From NCBI RefSeq assembly GCF_009914755.1, contig NC_060930.1: a stretch of DNA of 64,000 nt, one strand, 5' to 3'. The DNA is from the human T2T-CHM13v2.0 reference genome, Homo sapiens. The notes beneath the pieces were generated by a model, which was not told the DNA's origin, ran no database searches, and worked only from the letters and a program-made list of their open reading frames with translations. A program made the translations under genes and the position numbers. Positions 49,316 to 62,653 of this stretch are shown in pieces (the stretch's first letter is position 1; the number at the start of each line of letters is the position of its first letter).

Positions 49316-51469
49316 TAATGTGACAATTTGACTTGGCATTTTGGTAGAGATTTTTGGCATTCACAGTAAATTTTTATGATACTCAAAGAAAACCATTAAA
49401 ATGTCAGCTTTAATATATAGATTTATATCTGTGATGCTTGTATGTATTTGAAAGAACAGGGAAGAATAACTGGGCTATTAGCATTAATTACCACATGAAG
49501 CAGAACTTGTGAGAGGAATTATTAACTTATTCTTCATTTATCACTTTATTATTTAATTTGTTAGAAGAATCATTGATTACTTTTGTTTTTAAGGAGATCT
49601 AATAAATAAAATCTATTTATTAAAAAAATCTATTAAATAAATAAAATAATAAATAAATAAATAAAATAAAAATTAAAATCCATTTAAAAAATATCAGCTC
49701 TAAAATTTCCCCAGTATCTTCTGAGGAAGACACCTTAACACATTCCTGACTCCTACCCCATCCCTAAGCCTCATGTTAGGGATGGAGAGGGTTTGGGTTG
49801 GAATAAAGCTCAAGACGGGGTGAAGTTGAGGTAAAGTTCAGGGATGGGCTGAGGGCTACAGATCAAATGGAACATTTAATTATATGACTTCTGAGCTTTA
49901 TTTAATCAAGAGGGTATACTTTAAAATGCCGTGTTTTGAATGATAAATCCCATAGGTTTGGGGGAGTTTTAAATGAGATGCTGTCTGTGAAGAGCACAGC
50001 ACACGTTGATGATGGAATTACTATTAGCACTCCTTGCCTGCTTCCTTCCTCCTTCTTTCTCCTATCCTCCCTCCTTCCCTCTGGCTACTGAAAGAGCGAA
50101 AGACACTCTTACTCTTAACCCCATGCTATGCTGCCTTGTAAACTTGCCATCTCAAACACAGAGCCCTGTCATGATACAGAGGGGCTGGCACTAATTTTTC
50201 TGGTGCCTTCAGGGCACACAACCATGGTCCTCAATCATTTAAAAGATGGTTCTTGTTGCGCCTCCCCCGCATCACCTCAAGGACACTCTTCTCAAGGATC
50301 TTTTAGAACTCTGGGTTCTGCCTCATACTAGGTCATTAACTAATCATTCACTTCCCCAGCTAGGTTGAAGGACAGTGCAAGACACAGGCCAGCATTCCAG
50401 AAGCCCTGCACGGGGCTGAACTGGGCTCACAGACAAGTGAGCAAACAGTAGGGGCTTAAGGGCTGCACTGTACAGGAGGGGCCAGGAAAACTCTGAGGAA
50501 GCCAAGTTGGCTGAGAAGGCCACGTTGGCCTTGCTTGTCTGCACTGCCCCTTGGGCTCTGAACAATACTGCTCTAGGTCTGACTGGGAAGCTTGGAATAG
50601 GGTTTTGGGAGAAGTTCACATGCTGTGATTGTTTTAATAATTTAATTTTTCAGTTACCCAGAACGGCAGGGATTTTCTTTCTCCCCACAGCCTACTTTCT
50701 TTTGAGCCTGCATCCCTTTTGAGAAAGAGATTTCTGAGAAATGCATACAAAGCAGACTTGTGTGTGTGTGTGTGAAAAAACTTATCAAAGTTACCCTGCA
50801 TGAGGTGGTCAACGTGACTGGCAGGGAACTTTTCTGTGTTTGGAGATGTGCCTTTCTGAGATATCCCAGGAACCTAGAACCTCAGTAATGAAGGATCTCA
50901 CATTTCCCCCTGCAGGATGGAGCTGGAGCAGGTTGGCCCCAGAGATTGGATCCTGGGTTGCAGAGGAGGAAGATGCGTACTTTCCACTCTCCATGCTGAC
51001 ATAGACCGTTTTATATATATTTATTTTTTCATATCACATAATTTCAATCACCTTCCTGCACTAAAAAACGTAGATTTCTCCAACATCATTCTTGAGGCTT
51101 GCAGTGGATTCTATGAGATGAAGGTACATTTTCACATATGTTCAAACTTCATAGCCTGTCTTTCCCAGTGGCTTGTGATGGAGTCCTCATCAGTGTAGCG
51201 AGCTGGGGAAACATCACCGAGGAGGAAGCAATGACTGACTGGCCTGATGTGAGGTGCTGCCCCAGAGGTCCGTCTTGGCCTGAACCCCCTGAGATGAGCT
51301 GGGTCGCAGGCCCCCGATGTTTGCAGCCATGGTACATATGTGACATTTCTGCCAACACACATAATTATACTATCCCTTAATTAGTAACCCTGTCTTTATA
51401 CCAGGGAAAGCTTCAGCTGCTTGTCAACAAAAATATATTTGTCCCACGGCCTTAAAAACACATACACAT

Positions 51470-51815
51470 AAATTGCCAATTATTCCCCATTCATAGACTT
51501 TGGCAAGACACCGGAGAGCTGTTTGCTTTCCCTTAGGCCAAATTAAGACTTACCTTTCATGGCAACTTATTTGCCGGAGTAATTTTCCACCTCATTTAAT
51601 TAGGCTAATTGATTCAACAGCCCTGTCAAGGGACAACGCAGTGCTGGGTGCTTGGGGCAAATTATTCTGACCTCCTTTGAGCAAAGGCCTGATTAGTCTT
51701 CCTGTTTTCAAATCCAGATCAGCCTTTTTTTTTAACCTTGTGTGTCTCACTTCGTGCCACATGGGTAAGTACATGTGGAGAGCCACTAATTTATTAAGCA
51801 CTTTGAAAAGGGCTG
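51470..51815. promoter_or_regulatory. Candidate developmental enhancer in unique sequence
   Basis: Dense TAATTA/CTAATTG homeodomain, TGTCAA (MEIS-like), CCTTTGA/CTTTGAA (TCF/LEF), CATGGCAAC (RFX half-site), TTGGCA (NFI half-site), paired E-boxes. Confidence 0.4.
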
Positions 51816-52249
51816 GGTGCTGAGCCCAAGCTGGTGATTCCATCCAAGGAACAATGAGCTCACTGAAGCCTGAGAGTGAATAGAAATAACTGGATCTGGG
51901 GGAATCGTGAATTCAACAGATTCCAGCGCAACTAAGAATTGTCATTCTCTCCAGCTGTTAGTTCAGACGTTCCAGGAGGCATTCTGCAGGCCGTGTTCTA
52001 ATGCATCCAGTTCAGAAATTTTATGGTTTTTAGGAAAAATAAATAAAAATCAGTGTAGTAAGCTGGGGAAACAGCTCTGAGAAGGAAGCAAAGGCTGACT
52101 GGGCTAGGTAGATCTTAGATCTTGCTAAATTGCAAAATGGATTTCTATTCTCTTTTTCCATGTTCTCCTTCTTGCCCCTTTTCTGATACATGTGTGTTTC
52201 ACTGGACGTCAAGTGTAGAGGAATGGCTACACCACACGAAGCAAATAAT

Positions 52250-52480
52250 TAGAAGCCAATGCTCATTGAGGCCACACTATGCGAAGGGACTGTTCTCGAC
52301 TCTTTACGTGTATCGATTCATTTAATCTTCATTACAACCTGATGAACTAGGTATGATCACAATCCCCCTATACAGATGAGAAAAACTGAGGCATGAGAGA
52401 CTGAAGGACTGGCCCAAAGTCACACAGCTGGAGAGCATGGAGTCAGGACTCAAATTCTCTGTTCTTTACCGCTACTCTAA
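52250..52480 (-). mobile_element. MIR
   Basis: tcatttaatcttca..acaacc...tacagatgagaaaaactgaggca...cccaaagtcacacagct. Confidence 0.85.
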
Positions 52481-52638
52481 AAAATGCTTCTTGTATAGAA
52501 AAGCAGTGACATGCTTATAAGATATGAGAGGGGGTACATTTTGAGGAAGGGCCATGTGTTCTATTTTTGCATTAATATATAAACTTCCTCCTGTTAAATT
52601 AGTGAGGAAAATGAGATTGTGTCAATGTTGGTCTAAAA

Positions 52639-52862
52639 AGGGAGTTGGCAAATTTTTTTGTAAAAGGCCGGATGGCAGATATTTTAGGCTTTGTGGACCA
52701 CATATGTTCTCTGTTGCAACTACTCAACTCTGCCTTGTGGCACAAAAGCAGCTACAGACAGTATGTACACAAGCGAGTGTGGCTGTGTTCCAATAAAGCT
52801 TTATTTACAAAAACAGGCCGCTGGCCAGATGTGGCCCACAGGTCATACTTTGCCAATCTGTG
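52639..52862 (-). mobile_element. MER58A, full length
   Basis: Both termini present; 8-bp hAT-type TSD gtctaaaa (52631) / gtctaaag (52863). Confidence 0.92.
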
Positions 52863-54469
52863 GTCTAAAGAATGATATTTGTATGGGCTTAAACTATCAT
52901 GAAAACATTCTGAAAACTTAAAAACAAAACAAAACCTATAATCCATTTATGGTCCTTGTAATCTAAATGCATTCATCTTTCCAGGCTCAGATGAACTGAT
53001 TTCTTGAGGCTCTCTCTCTCTCTCTCTGTTTTCTTACAGGTGACAACTTAGTGCATCGCATAAACCTGAATTTGCCATTTTCCCAACCTGAAAGCAAGGG
53101 TGGCCAGGCCACCCAGGGCAATGGTGAATGGTGGGTGAGAGGCAGAGCCCCTCTCCAATAAACAACCTGGACTGTTTATTGGGTTTTTGACCAACAAGAC
53201 CTCAGGGAAATTCCGGGAGCCTGAGGTTGGCAGAGACACATAGAGGGGTGTGCCCTGTTGTCACTGACCAATGGCAGATGTGCCCTTACTCTGAATGCCA
53301 TCAAGAACACCTCTGTAATAATTTTCCTGTCCTCATTAAGTTTGAGTTTGCAAGGAGACTCTTGCAAGCCAAGTTAAATATTCTGAGGCTTTATGTCTGA
53401 GATTCAGGTGGCTGCCACCCTGAGAGGGGAAATGCCTGGCATTAGAGCTTCTCCCACACAACAAGGTGGGAGTGCGGATTTCCTTCCAGAGAAATCACCA
53501 TAACTCAGCCAATATTGTAATTAAAATAGCAGTCATATAAAGAAAAAAGATAAAGCAACTTGAACACTCATAAGTACAAGGCTCAACAATAAGATACACT
53601 ATGTATTTACATATTTTACTACAGTATGACAGTTTAAAGAAATAAAAAGTATAGTTTTAAAATGGGAAGAGCAATGGGGAGATGGTGATACTTTTAATCT
53701 TTATACGTCTTTTCTATTTCTCTAGCAATATAAATCATATTTTTATAGAAAATCATCAAATATGAACCCATTTACAACACAATAATGATAACAAAACAAT
53801 GGTCTCACACTCTGCTGCTGGCTGAATGTGTTTTTCTGTGGCACAAATGTACCTGGTGTACTTGTCTAGCTACGCTTCCTTCTTTGGAAGTTCCTTTGTG
53901 TAGGGCATACATCCATTCTGGTTTATTCAGGAAAGTCCCAGCTTATGCCTGTTGGCCTTGGGGAAGAGTGTCCCTTTCACTCTCTAAAATGCCTAAGTTT
54001 CATTGATATTATGATACAGTCACCCCAGCCATAAGCCTTGATGAATAAATAGACCTAGGAAGACATGTTCTTCCCTGGTGATCTGCTTTTATGTCCACAT
54101 CGGGTTGAATCCCTCATGAACCTCTGTCCAAAGCAGAGCTAATTGGAGTCCCTCTCTCAACAATTTGGACTGAGTCACTAAGGTCAAGCCAAGCAGATTT
54201 GAACAATGGAGTTGAGGTCAGGTGGAGCAGTGGCCAGATCTGTTATGACAACAACCTAAAGGCATATTTGCATGTCATTATTATGGGGGTAAAGGAGTCA
54301 AAGGCTTTGGAAGGGAGACAACAGGGAGAAGGAGGTCCTGTTTTCTTGTCATTAATGGGTCAGACATCACCACTGGGCTGCTGAGAAGCATGGCTTTTAT
54401 TATTCCCCATCCCTTCTTCCCATAGCTATCAAAGGCCAACTAGGAGTGGAATAAAACTGCCTATATAAG

Positions 54470-55456
54470 GGAGTGTTATGTGGCCCCCCACACCATTCTC
54501 CCTTCCCCTTCCCAGGGGCTTCTGCTCTCTTTGAAGTCAAAGGATGGAGCACCACTCATACATTTTTATGCAGACTCTTGAAAGTAAATCCAACTGCAGA
54601 AGGAGTTGTGCTTTTCATTTCCTGGTGGTGGCATCCAGTCACCAGGCTTGAGAGCCCATATCTGGGCTACTACAGCAGCAGAAAGAGATGGCATGGTGTG
54701 CTACCAGGCAGCAACAAAGACTGTCCCTCTGGGGTTCCTGGTTCCTGAGAGGATGGAAAACAGATCCTGTACACATCATGGGCCCCAGATTTGGGGTTAG
54801 GAAGGGTAACTGGGACTTGGTTCAACAGTCTTGCCAGAGACCAAAGGAGTTCGGGGCATCAGAGCAAGTGGATGAACCCATTGGCTGGAGGACAAGTGAA
54901 AGATGTGGCCTAGTCTCCAGGAGACCACCTATGCCTAGAAGAGTTTTTTGTCAGCATGGCTGTTGGAGCTACCACTTGACCAGGTTGAGTTCATAGATAA
55001 TGAACGAAGTCAGCAGTTACTACCAACCAAGGTGATGTCTGAAAGCTCACTGTGACATTCACATACTAGATACACACCTTCTCTTTCTCTGCTCTCCATT
55101 CCAACACAAGAGGAGAGAACAGGAGGAAGGAAGCATGTGAGAGAGACTGTGTCTCACTGTTCACCCCTGGCCAATCCAGTCAAGCTCCATGCATAGTCTT
55201 CCTTGAGGCTGAGAAGGTGGAAGGAGAAGCACTACCCCTTGAATATGGAATTGGAGATTTAATATTGACAGCACTGACTCTTAGAGAACTGAAACGAGAC
55301 AGGAAAGGCATGCTGCCCTTTTGGGTGTTGCTAAGAGTGTCCCCACCAGGGGAAAAGGGTAGTTCGACAGAGTCCAGTTGGTAACAGACACTCGATAAAA
55401 GAATCCGTTTTATGTTTATTATCTAATGAATCAAGATTCCTCATTAAATCAGTTTG
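54470..55456 (+). mobile_element. Ancient LTR-like element (MamGypLTR/LTR78-like, family uncertain)
   Basis: LTR-like 3' end (gataaaagaatc.gttttatgttt...cattaaatcagtt) and body resembling old mammalian LTRs. Confidence 0.35.
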
Positions 55457-56243
55457 TGGAGAGAATGTTAGAGGCTTCCTCTAACTCAGCAACTGTCTTT
55501 CCTGAAAATCCTAGCTCCCAGTACACGGAGCTGCCACCGTGAAGCTTCAGTTTCCCTGCCACCTGACACCATGGTGACTGCTCCCCACTTCCAGTGGAAA
55601 TGTGTCACAGAAGCCGCTAATGTGAGTAAAATCAGATGCACAACTTTAATATACAACAGTTGCCACCCCCGATACATGTGGCATGGTTCAGGTACCAAAA
55701 GTCTGTTAGACTCTGAACCCAAAACATAATTGCAAGATTTTTACAATGTTTTAAATTAAGCTGGTCCACTTAACTATGGCATCAGAGTCCGGCCATCAAA
55801 TATTGCAACAAATGGCTCCATATAACTCCTATCTAACAGCAAAGGAACATTGGAAGATTGTGTGATTGAGATACTCGGGCATTTGTACCTGTGCAGGAGG
55901 TGCACAGCCCTGGGCAGGAACAGGTGAGAGTCTTCACCTGGAACATACTTAGAAGATAACTCATGTTCCCAGAAGAGACAGAACATGGGAAGGTAGCTGC
56001 CTGATTATGACTTGCCAGGCCTTTTAAGACTTCCTGACACCAGCTTTCCTGACATTTCTTTAATAGAAATAAATCCCTTTTTACTTGGGTCTGGACTAAA
56101 GCATACTAATAGTTGCACTCAGATAAAGGAGAATTATTGTCGTTGTAATTCTGAGGACAGGATATTGGTGCAACCTTAGAGGTGGTTTTAGACTATTCCC
56201 TTCTTCTGCTCTAGTGAAGAATTTGGCACTCATTAGTTTAGGA

Positions 56244-56474
56244 CATGCATTCTCAACAGGGGCAATATTGCTCCTAAAGGGCTAAGATTGACTGGGGAGG
56301 GAATTAGATATCACACTGGTTTGTGGCCCTTCAAAGCTCAACTTTACCCAACAATATCTACAGTATACCTATGATACTCAAATTTCATGGGGAAGACAGG
56401 GAGACACTTAGGAAATATGTGTCTAAAAAGGCTCTTTAGAGTGAGACATAATGAAAAAAGTTTAAGAAACACTA
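56244..56474. mobile_element. hAT-Charlie element (Charlie4-like)
   Basis: catgcattctcaacaggggcaatattgc start; gtctaaaaaggctc...aaaaaagtttaagaaacact end. Confidence 0.65.
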
Positions 56475-57354
56475 ATTAGGGGAAAAACATAGAAAACAGA
56501 GCTCTTTCAGTTTAAAATGCTGAACAATGTTTTTCCACTTTCTTCGGCATGTATGAATTCCTTTCTTGATGACTAATATGAGAGAATTAGATTTACAGAT
56601 GGCCTCTGCTTCTGAATGGAGATTTGCCTCTGTTTTCTGGCTTCTCTAGAGGTCCTAGATTCAGAGAAGGATCTTTTGCACACCGGATATTGCCTGTTTT
56701 TTCCAGGCTGCTTAAGTGTTATATAGAATTTGGGCTAGAAGGAACTACTTCCAAGTTTCATCTCCCACAGACACATTATCCTAACTTGTTAGCAATATTC
56801 AAGGTCTGTGGGTATTTTTATGACTTAGCACTGGATAAATGTGGCAAAGTCTGGGATTTGTTGAAGAGAATTTATTCCACACAAATAAAAATGCAGAATG
56901 AGTTCTCAGAGTGTAGCAAGGCAAAGTAGGCAAACATGAGAGTTTCCATGCATGAGTACTACATTCCAATAATAGCTGGATACATTCTTCCTTCCTGCTT
57001 TGCATGGTTGTAGGCATAGTTAGTCAGAATTAACCAACCACATTGTTCTCTAGTAGGAATTGTTGGCCAACTGAAGGCTGGTGCCTCACTGGGCACTGCA
57101 GGCAGCAAGCTTGGCATGGAGGGCACATCTCACTTCTCCCCTGAGCCTGATGCATCCATGGCACTTCCTTGCTTGGAACACTGGCTGCCCCACAACGCAT
57201 GCCAGCTCCATGGCCTAGCAGTCCTTGCCTGAATTAGTGTCCACACAGCTAGCGTTGCCAACCTCTCCAGCCCATGAGGAAGTGTGGTGAGGTCAGAGAA
57301 AGGATGGTGCAAAGATACCACAACCAGTTTACATGAATAATCCTTGATTTTTGT

Positions 57355-58940
57355 ATCTTCTAGGGATGCAAGGCTGTTTCAATATTTGAAAATTAATCAG
57401 TGTAATTTATTATATAAACAGGTTAAAGGAAAAAAAATCATAGGATCATATCAATTATCCAGAAAAAGCATTTGACATAATTCAGCACCCATTCATGAAA
57501 AACTCTTAGAAAAATAGGGATACAGTCAACTTCCCTAACTTAATAAAGATGATCTGCAAAAACCTACGTCTGCCATTATACTTAAAGGTAGTAGATTGAA
57601 TACTTTCCTCCTACAATTGGGAACCAGGCAAGGATGCCTACTCTTACCTCTCTTATTCAATATGATGCTGAAGGATCTAGCCAGTGTAATAAGGCAGAAA
57701 AACAAAATTAGGCCTTATAGATTAGAAAAGAAGTAATAACACTCTTCCTATTTGTAGATGATATGATTGTTTATGTAGAAAATCCTAAGGAATCTATAAG
57801 CAAAACCTCCTAGAATTAATAAATGATTTCAGCAAGATTACAAAATGTAAGATAAGCATATAAAACTCAGTTGTATTTCTATATACTTGCAAACAGCACA
57901 TGGACAGCAGAATGCAATACTATTTATAAGTGCTCAAACTAGATAAAATACTTACATGGAAACCTAACAAAACATGCTCAGGAGTTGTATGTTGAAAAGT
58001 ATAAAATGGTAATGAAAGAAATTAAAGACAATCTAAATGAATGGAGAAACATACTGTGTTCATGAATAGTACAATAGCAAAGATGTCAGTCCTCCCCAAA
58101 TTGATATACAAGATTAGCTCAATCCCTTACCACATCCAAGTAAGATATTCATTGTAAATATAAACAAAATTATTCTAAAATATATATGGAAAGGCAAAAA
58201 ACCCCACTAGAATACTAAGACAATTTTGAAAAATGAGAATAAGTGGTGAAGGGCCAGGCACAGTGGTCACGCCTGTAATCCCAGCACTTTGGGAGGCTGA
58301 GGCGGGTGGATCACGAGGCCAGGAGTTAGAGACCAGCTGGCCAACATATAGTGAAACCCCATCTCTACTAAAAACATTAAAAATTCGCTGGGCATGGTGG
58401 TGGGTGCCTGTAATCTTAACTACTCGGGAGGCTGAGGCAGGAGAATCACGTGAACCCTGGAGGCGAAGGTTGAAGTGAGCCAAGACTGCGCCACTGCACT
58501 CCAGCCTGGGCAACAGAGCGAGACTCTGTCTTAAAAAAATAAAAAAGAATAAGTGGCGAAGAATCAATCTACCTGATTTAAAGATTTATTTTATAGTTAC
58601 AGTAATCCAGACTTTGTGGTATTGATGGCATGATAAACACATACATCAGCAGAATATAATTAGAGAACCCAGAAATAGACTCACACAAATATGCCTAACA
58701 GATTTCTGATGAAAGTGCAAAAGCAATTTCCTGGAGGAAGGATAGCCTTTTCAATAAATGGTGCTGGAACAATTGGGCACCCACAACACCTCCCCCATAA
58801 AAAAGAACCTTGATCTGAGTCTCATATCTCACACAAAAAGTAACTCAAAATGGCTAGTGGCCTTAAATATAAGACATAAAATTATAAAACTTTTATAAAA
58901 CACAGAAGCAAATCTTCAGGATCTAGGGGTAGGCAAAGAA
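57355..58940 (+). mobile_element. Decayed L1M ORF2 reverse-transcriptase region, interrupted by an Alu
   Basis: agaaaaagcatttgaca; 57748-57792 translates LFVDDMIVYVENPKE (degenerate FADD catalytic motif); ttttcaataaatggtgctggaacaattgg. Confidence 0.92.
58252..58545 (+). mobile_element. AluS (Sg-like)
   Basis: Full dimer; 16-bp TSD agaataagtgg(t/c)gaag at 58236-58251 and 58546-58561. Confidence 0.93.
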
Positions 58941-58971
58941 TGATTCTTATGCTCTTCTCTTTTGCCTATTT

Positions 58972-59081
58972 GTCTTTTTTGTTGTTTTTTTTTGTAGAGA
59001 CAGGGTGTCGCTATGTTACCTAGGCTGGTTTCAAACTCCTGGGCTCAAGTGAGTGCTGGGATTAGAGGCGTGAGCCACTGA
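58972..59081 (-). mobile_element. FLAM / Alu left monomer with internal deletion
   Basis: tttgtagagacagggtgtcgctatgtt...ctcctgggctcaagtga|gtgctgggatta; flanking gcctattt repeat at 58964 and 59082. Confidence 0.8.
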
Positions 59082-59084
59082 GCC

Positions 59085-59370
59085 TATTTTTCCAATTAAG
59101 TCCTTTTTTTTCTGTAGCAGTTCTTAGGAATTTCACTATATGTTGAGGAAATTATCTTTTTATGATATGAGTTACAATTATGTTCTTTCATTTCATCAGT
59201 AATTATTTGACTTTTTGTGGGGTTATTTTCTCTGATACAGAAATTTAAAATTTTCCTTAAATCTTTTTATGGCTTCTGAATTTTGTGTCATACTTATTAG
59301 TTTTTTTTCCTCTAACATTATTTTTAAAATCTCCCCACCTTTCTTTTAATACTTTTATGATTTTGCTTTT
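59085..59370 (-). mobile_element. Old L1ME-like fragment
   Basis: T-rich antisense L1 (atacagaaatttaaaattt, ctttttatggcttctgaattttgtgtcatactta). Confidence 0.65.
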
Positions 59371-59371
59371 C

Positions 59372-59760
59372 ATCAGGGATCCAGGCTCTCTCCATCCTTT
59401 TTTATTAGCTTCCTTACAACGTAGGCTTCGGTCCTTTTACTCACAAGATAGCATGTGCCTCTAGACATCAAGTCCACATTCTAAAACAGAGGTGGGAAAA
59501 GGGCAAAGGTATGAAACAGAGTGGTAAGTTTGTTTTTTTGAAAAAGGCATCCGGAAAGTTTCAATTCAAACTCAACTTCTGCTTACACTTACTGGCCACA
59601 ACTGGGTTATCTGGCCACTCTTAGCTTCAAGAGAGTCTGGTGATGTAAATAATTCTAGCTGGGTACATTGGTTACCCACCGCCCTGCCCCAAGAAACCGG
59701 GTTTCTGTTAGGAAAAGAAGGTAATAGTTATATTGGGCAAATAACTAGCAGTGTCTTCCT
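59372..59760 (-). mobile_element. MLT1K-like LTR fragment
   Basis: catcagggatccaggctc, caacttctgcttaca..tactggcca.aactgggtta.ctggccac, tattgggcaaataactagcagtgtct. Confidence 0.7.
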
Positions 59761-59899
59761 CCAGCTTTCTTGCATGATACACAGCTGCATTTTCTGGGTC
59801 CCTTGCTTCTCTCCAATTGTGTATATTTGCATTACTTAACTGACTTCTAGCATCTACTGTTAGCAACAAGTAGCATCTACTGTTTTAGCAACAAGTAGT

Positions 59900-60590
59900 C
59901 TGATGTTAGTGTGATTCAAGTTCCCTTCTAAAAACTTTTTCTCTTAGAAACTTTTGAAGTTTTCTTTTTATTTTTTAAAATACTGTAATATTTCCTATCC
60001 CCAGGGTGGAACCTTTTCCGGCATTTTGTTGAGATCTTAAGAACCCCTTCCAATCTGCAGATTCTTATTGCTCCCCAACCTAGGGAAAGTTTATTCCTCC
60101 TTTCTTTGATTGTTTTCTCCCCTCCCTTGTCTCTGTTCTTGCCTTCTAAAACTTTTATTGGACATATACTGGATCTGGTAGATTTCTCCTCTTTGTCTCC
60201 TAACTTTCTTATTACACTTTCCATTTCATTGTCTTATTGCTCTGCATTATGAGTGGTTTGCTTCATTGTAGATTCCAGAACATCACCCTCATCTTTAGGC
60301 ACTTTTGTTTTATTGTTGATATGGCTGTTTTATTTTGAAAATTGTTATTTTTAAAGTTTCCAAGTATTCTTTCTTGTTCTTTGAATGCTTCTGTTTTTTT
60401 GTATAGCCTGTCCTAGGTTTCTGAATGCATTATCTTCTTAAAACTCTTTGTGGATACTAATTATACTTTTTAAAAATACCATTTCTATTCTCTGAATTAC
60501 CACTGATGTCTGTATTCATCCAATCCTTTTATGGAATCAGCTTTTCTTCAACATGAGATGACCTTTGGTCATAAGGTTCCCTTGTTTTTT
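59900..60590 (-). mobile_element. HAL1/old L1 ORF1-like fragment
   Basis: ORF 59928-60224 (RKLGDKEEKSTRSSICPIKVLEGKNRDKGGEKTIKE) resembles the L1 ORF1p RR.NI.IIG.PE region. Confidence 0.6.
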
Positions 60591-61297
60591 TGTAGGACAA
60601 GGCTGTTCACCCAACAAACCTCTCCCATAAATAGGGGAGCGGGCTGTGTGCTCTGATTAAGTGGGCACGGGCCTCTCTATAGGGTAGAAGGGCATGGAGC
60701 AGCCAGGAGAACCCTAGAGGGACAAAAGAAGGAGGGCTGTAGTCTGGGAGTATTGCCCTTCAGTGTATTTTACTCCTGGGTGGAGCTGCCTTTTTGGTTC
60801 CCTAAGAATCTAATCAGGGTGATGGCTACAGTTACCAAAAGATTTGTTTCAATACTCAGGCTCAATCCTATACCTGGATCCTTCCCAGGCAGAAAACATA
60901 TTTTCTTCAGAGACCAAATGTCAGGCTTTTTCTGGGGACAAAAGCTGTCAGCAGATGTAAGGTGCTGTTAGGAAGGGGAGAGGCCTCACTGCCTCCGCTA
61001 TTTAGAAAGCAGCTTTAAAATAATAAATAGCCTGATGATCGCTAAAAGATTCTCAACAGAATGTGAGGGCCAAGTAAAATGACTGATGCTCATAATTGGA
61101 ACCATCATGAGTCACTGTTTACAGTCTATACCATGTTGAGAATTTTCTGTTTAAGAACGTAGAGTAGTGTGTATTTTCTTTTAGAAAGTTTTGTGATCCC
61201 AATTAAAGAAATGTAACTTTAAATGAATGAGCTTTATTTACTTGGGAAATGTACAAAAATAATGTCAGATAAATGAAGCATTAATCTGACTGCAGAT

Positions 61298-61324
61298 TGT
61301 GTGTGTGTGTGTGTGTGTGTGTGT
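61298..61324. repeat. (TG)n microsatellite
   Basis: Directly visible. Confidence 0.95.
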
Positions 61325-62653
61325 ACATGAAAGAATTATAGTAAGGTCTTAACTTGGCTTAATGTAACTTGATCAACAGTCGGGTCCATACTTCAGCTAT
61401 CTATTATTAGGTGCACAACTCTGAGCTAAGTGCTGTGAATAATTCTTTTAAGAAATGGAGAGGTGAACAGAGGGCCCTGGCCATATGCTTTTCATAATCC
61501 AGCTGCACATTCAGTATTCAGAGTTTTCTGTATTTTTTTATGAACTTAGCTTAAGATCCTTTTTTCCCCTAAGATATTCAAGATAGTCACACAACTTTTG
61601 AGACATAAACTATGGAATCATCACTATCCCAACATATGATTTAAATTACATATGCCCGTAATCAATGAAATGCTCAATACTTGTTCCTTGTTTAATACTC
61701 TTAGCCAAATAAAACTATATATCATGTAAACAGATATATAGCATAAATCACTATATTTCCTCATTGTGGGTGGGCTTTTATGTGTGCACATATGTAATAT
61801 ATGTATGTATATATAATATCTACACAGTATATTTTTAACAGAGAAGAGGCTCAACATAGTGCCCTGACTATGTGACTCATATGACCATAAGGGATACAAG
61901 CATTTATCAAAATTCATGAGTTTATTGATAAATTTGTGATTCAAGCTTTTGTGCCATTTCAAGAACTGATATTTTCTCTAATACCTTTATCACCAATTTT
62001 AGCTTTATTTAATTTTCCTAATCCATATTTATTAATATTATTAAAAAACAGAAAAATTTTACCTTTCATAAAACATGTATTTTTTAAAATTTGTAACTAT
62101 TGGCTTCTAAAGCAACTAAAATCTCATTAACTTCTTTTTGTCACCAACTTCCAAGGATGAAGTGTAGAGTTCTTTTATGACTCTTACACTGTATAAGGTG
62201 TCAATAGGGACAGATGGTGTGCTCCAGTTAGAACTGTCCAAATTCTGTGAGAGCTTATTTGTTATACAGGTACAGGGGGCATGCAGAGGAGCCACAAGGG
62301 AGGGGGCAGGAACAAATGCTGGAAGCAACAGGGTCATTGCCACTGCTAGGCTGACAGGAGAGGGAGGGGCAAGGAGAAGACCTTGCCAGAACCAGAAGGA
62401 AGAGAGTTCTGAGAAGAAGAGTGAGGGACAGGGCAGCTCAGGGCAGCCTCACAGGGAGGGAAGTGGGGGAATAAATTTCCAGGATACCTAGCTAGAATAA
62501 ATACCCAGAATTCATCCTTCTTTTTTTCTCCTAACTCCATCAGGGCTCTTCACTAACCAAGTGGGCAGTAGAAGATCCAGGAGACTACTGGTGGGGTATA
62601 CACTCACATCAGCCTCAGGGCAGAGATCAGGTGGAGAGGGACATGGAGGGACA

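Noticed and set aside
58175-58567. Alu-overlapping ORFs (also 3612, 4492, 10935, 18036, 18136, 47609)
   Set aside because: Typical Alu-derived peptides ([22 protein letters not shown]); not genes
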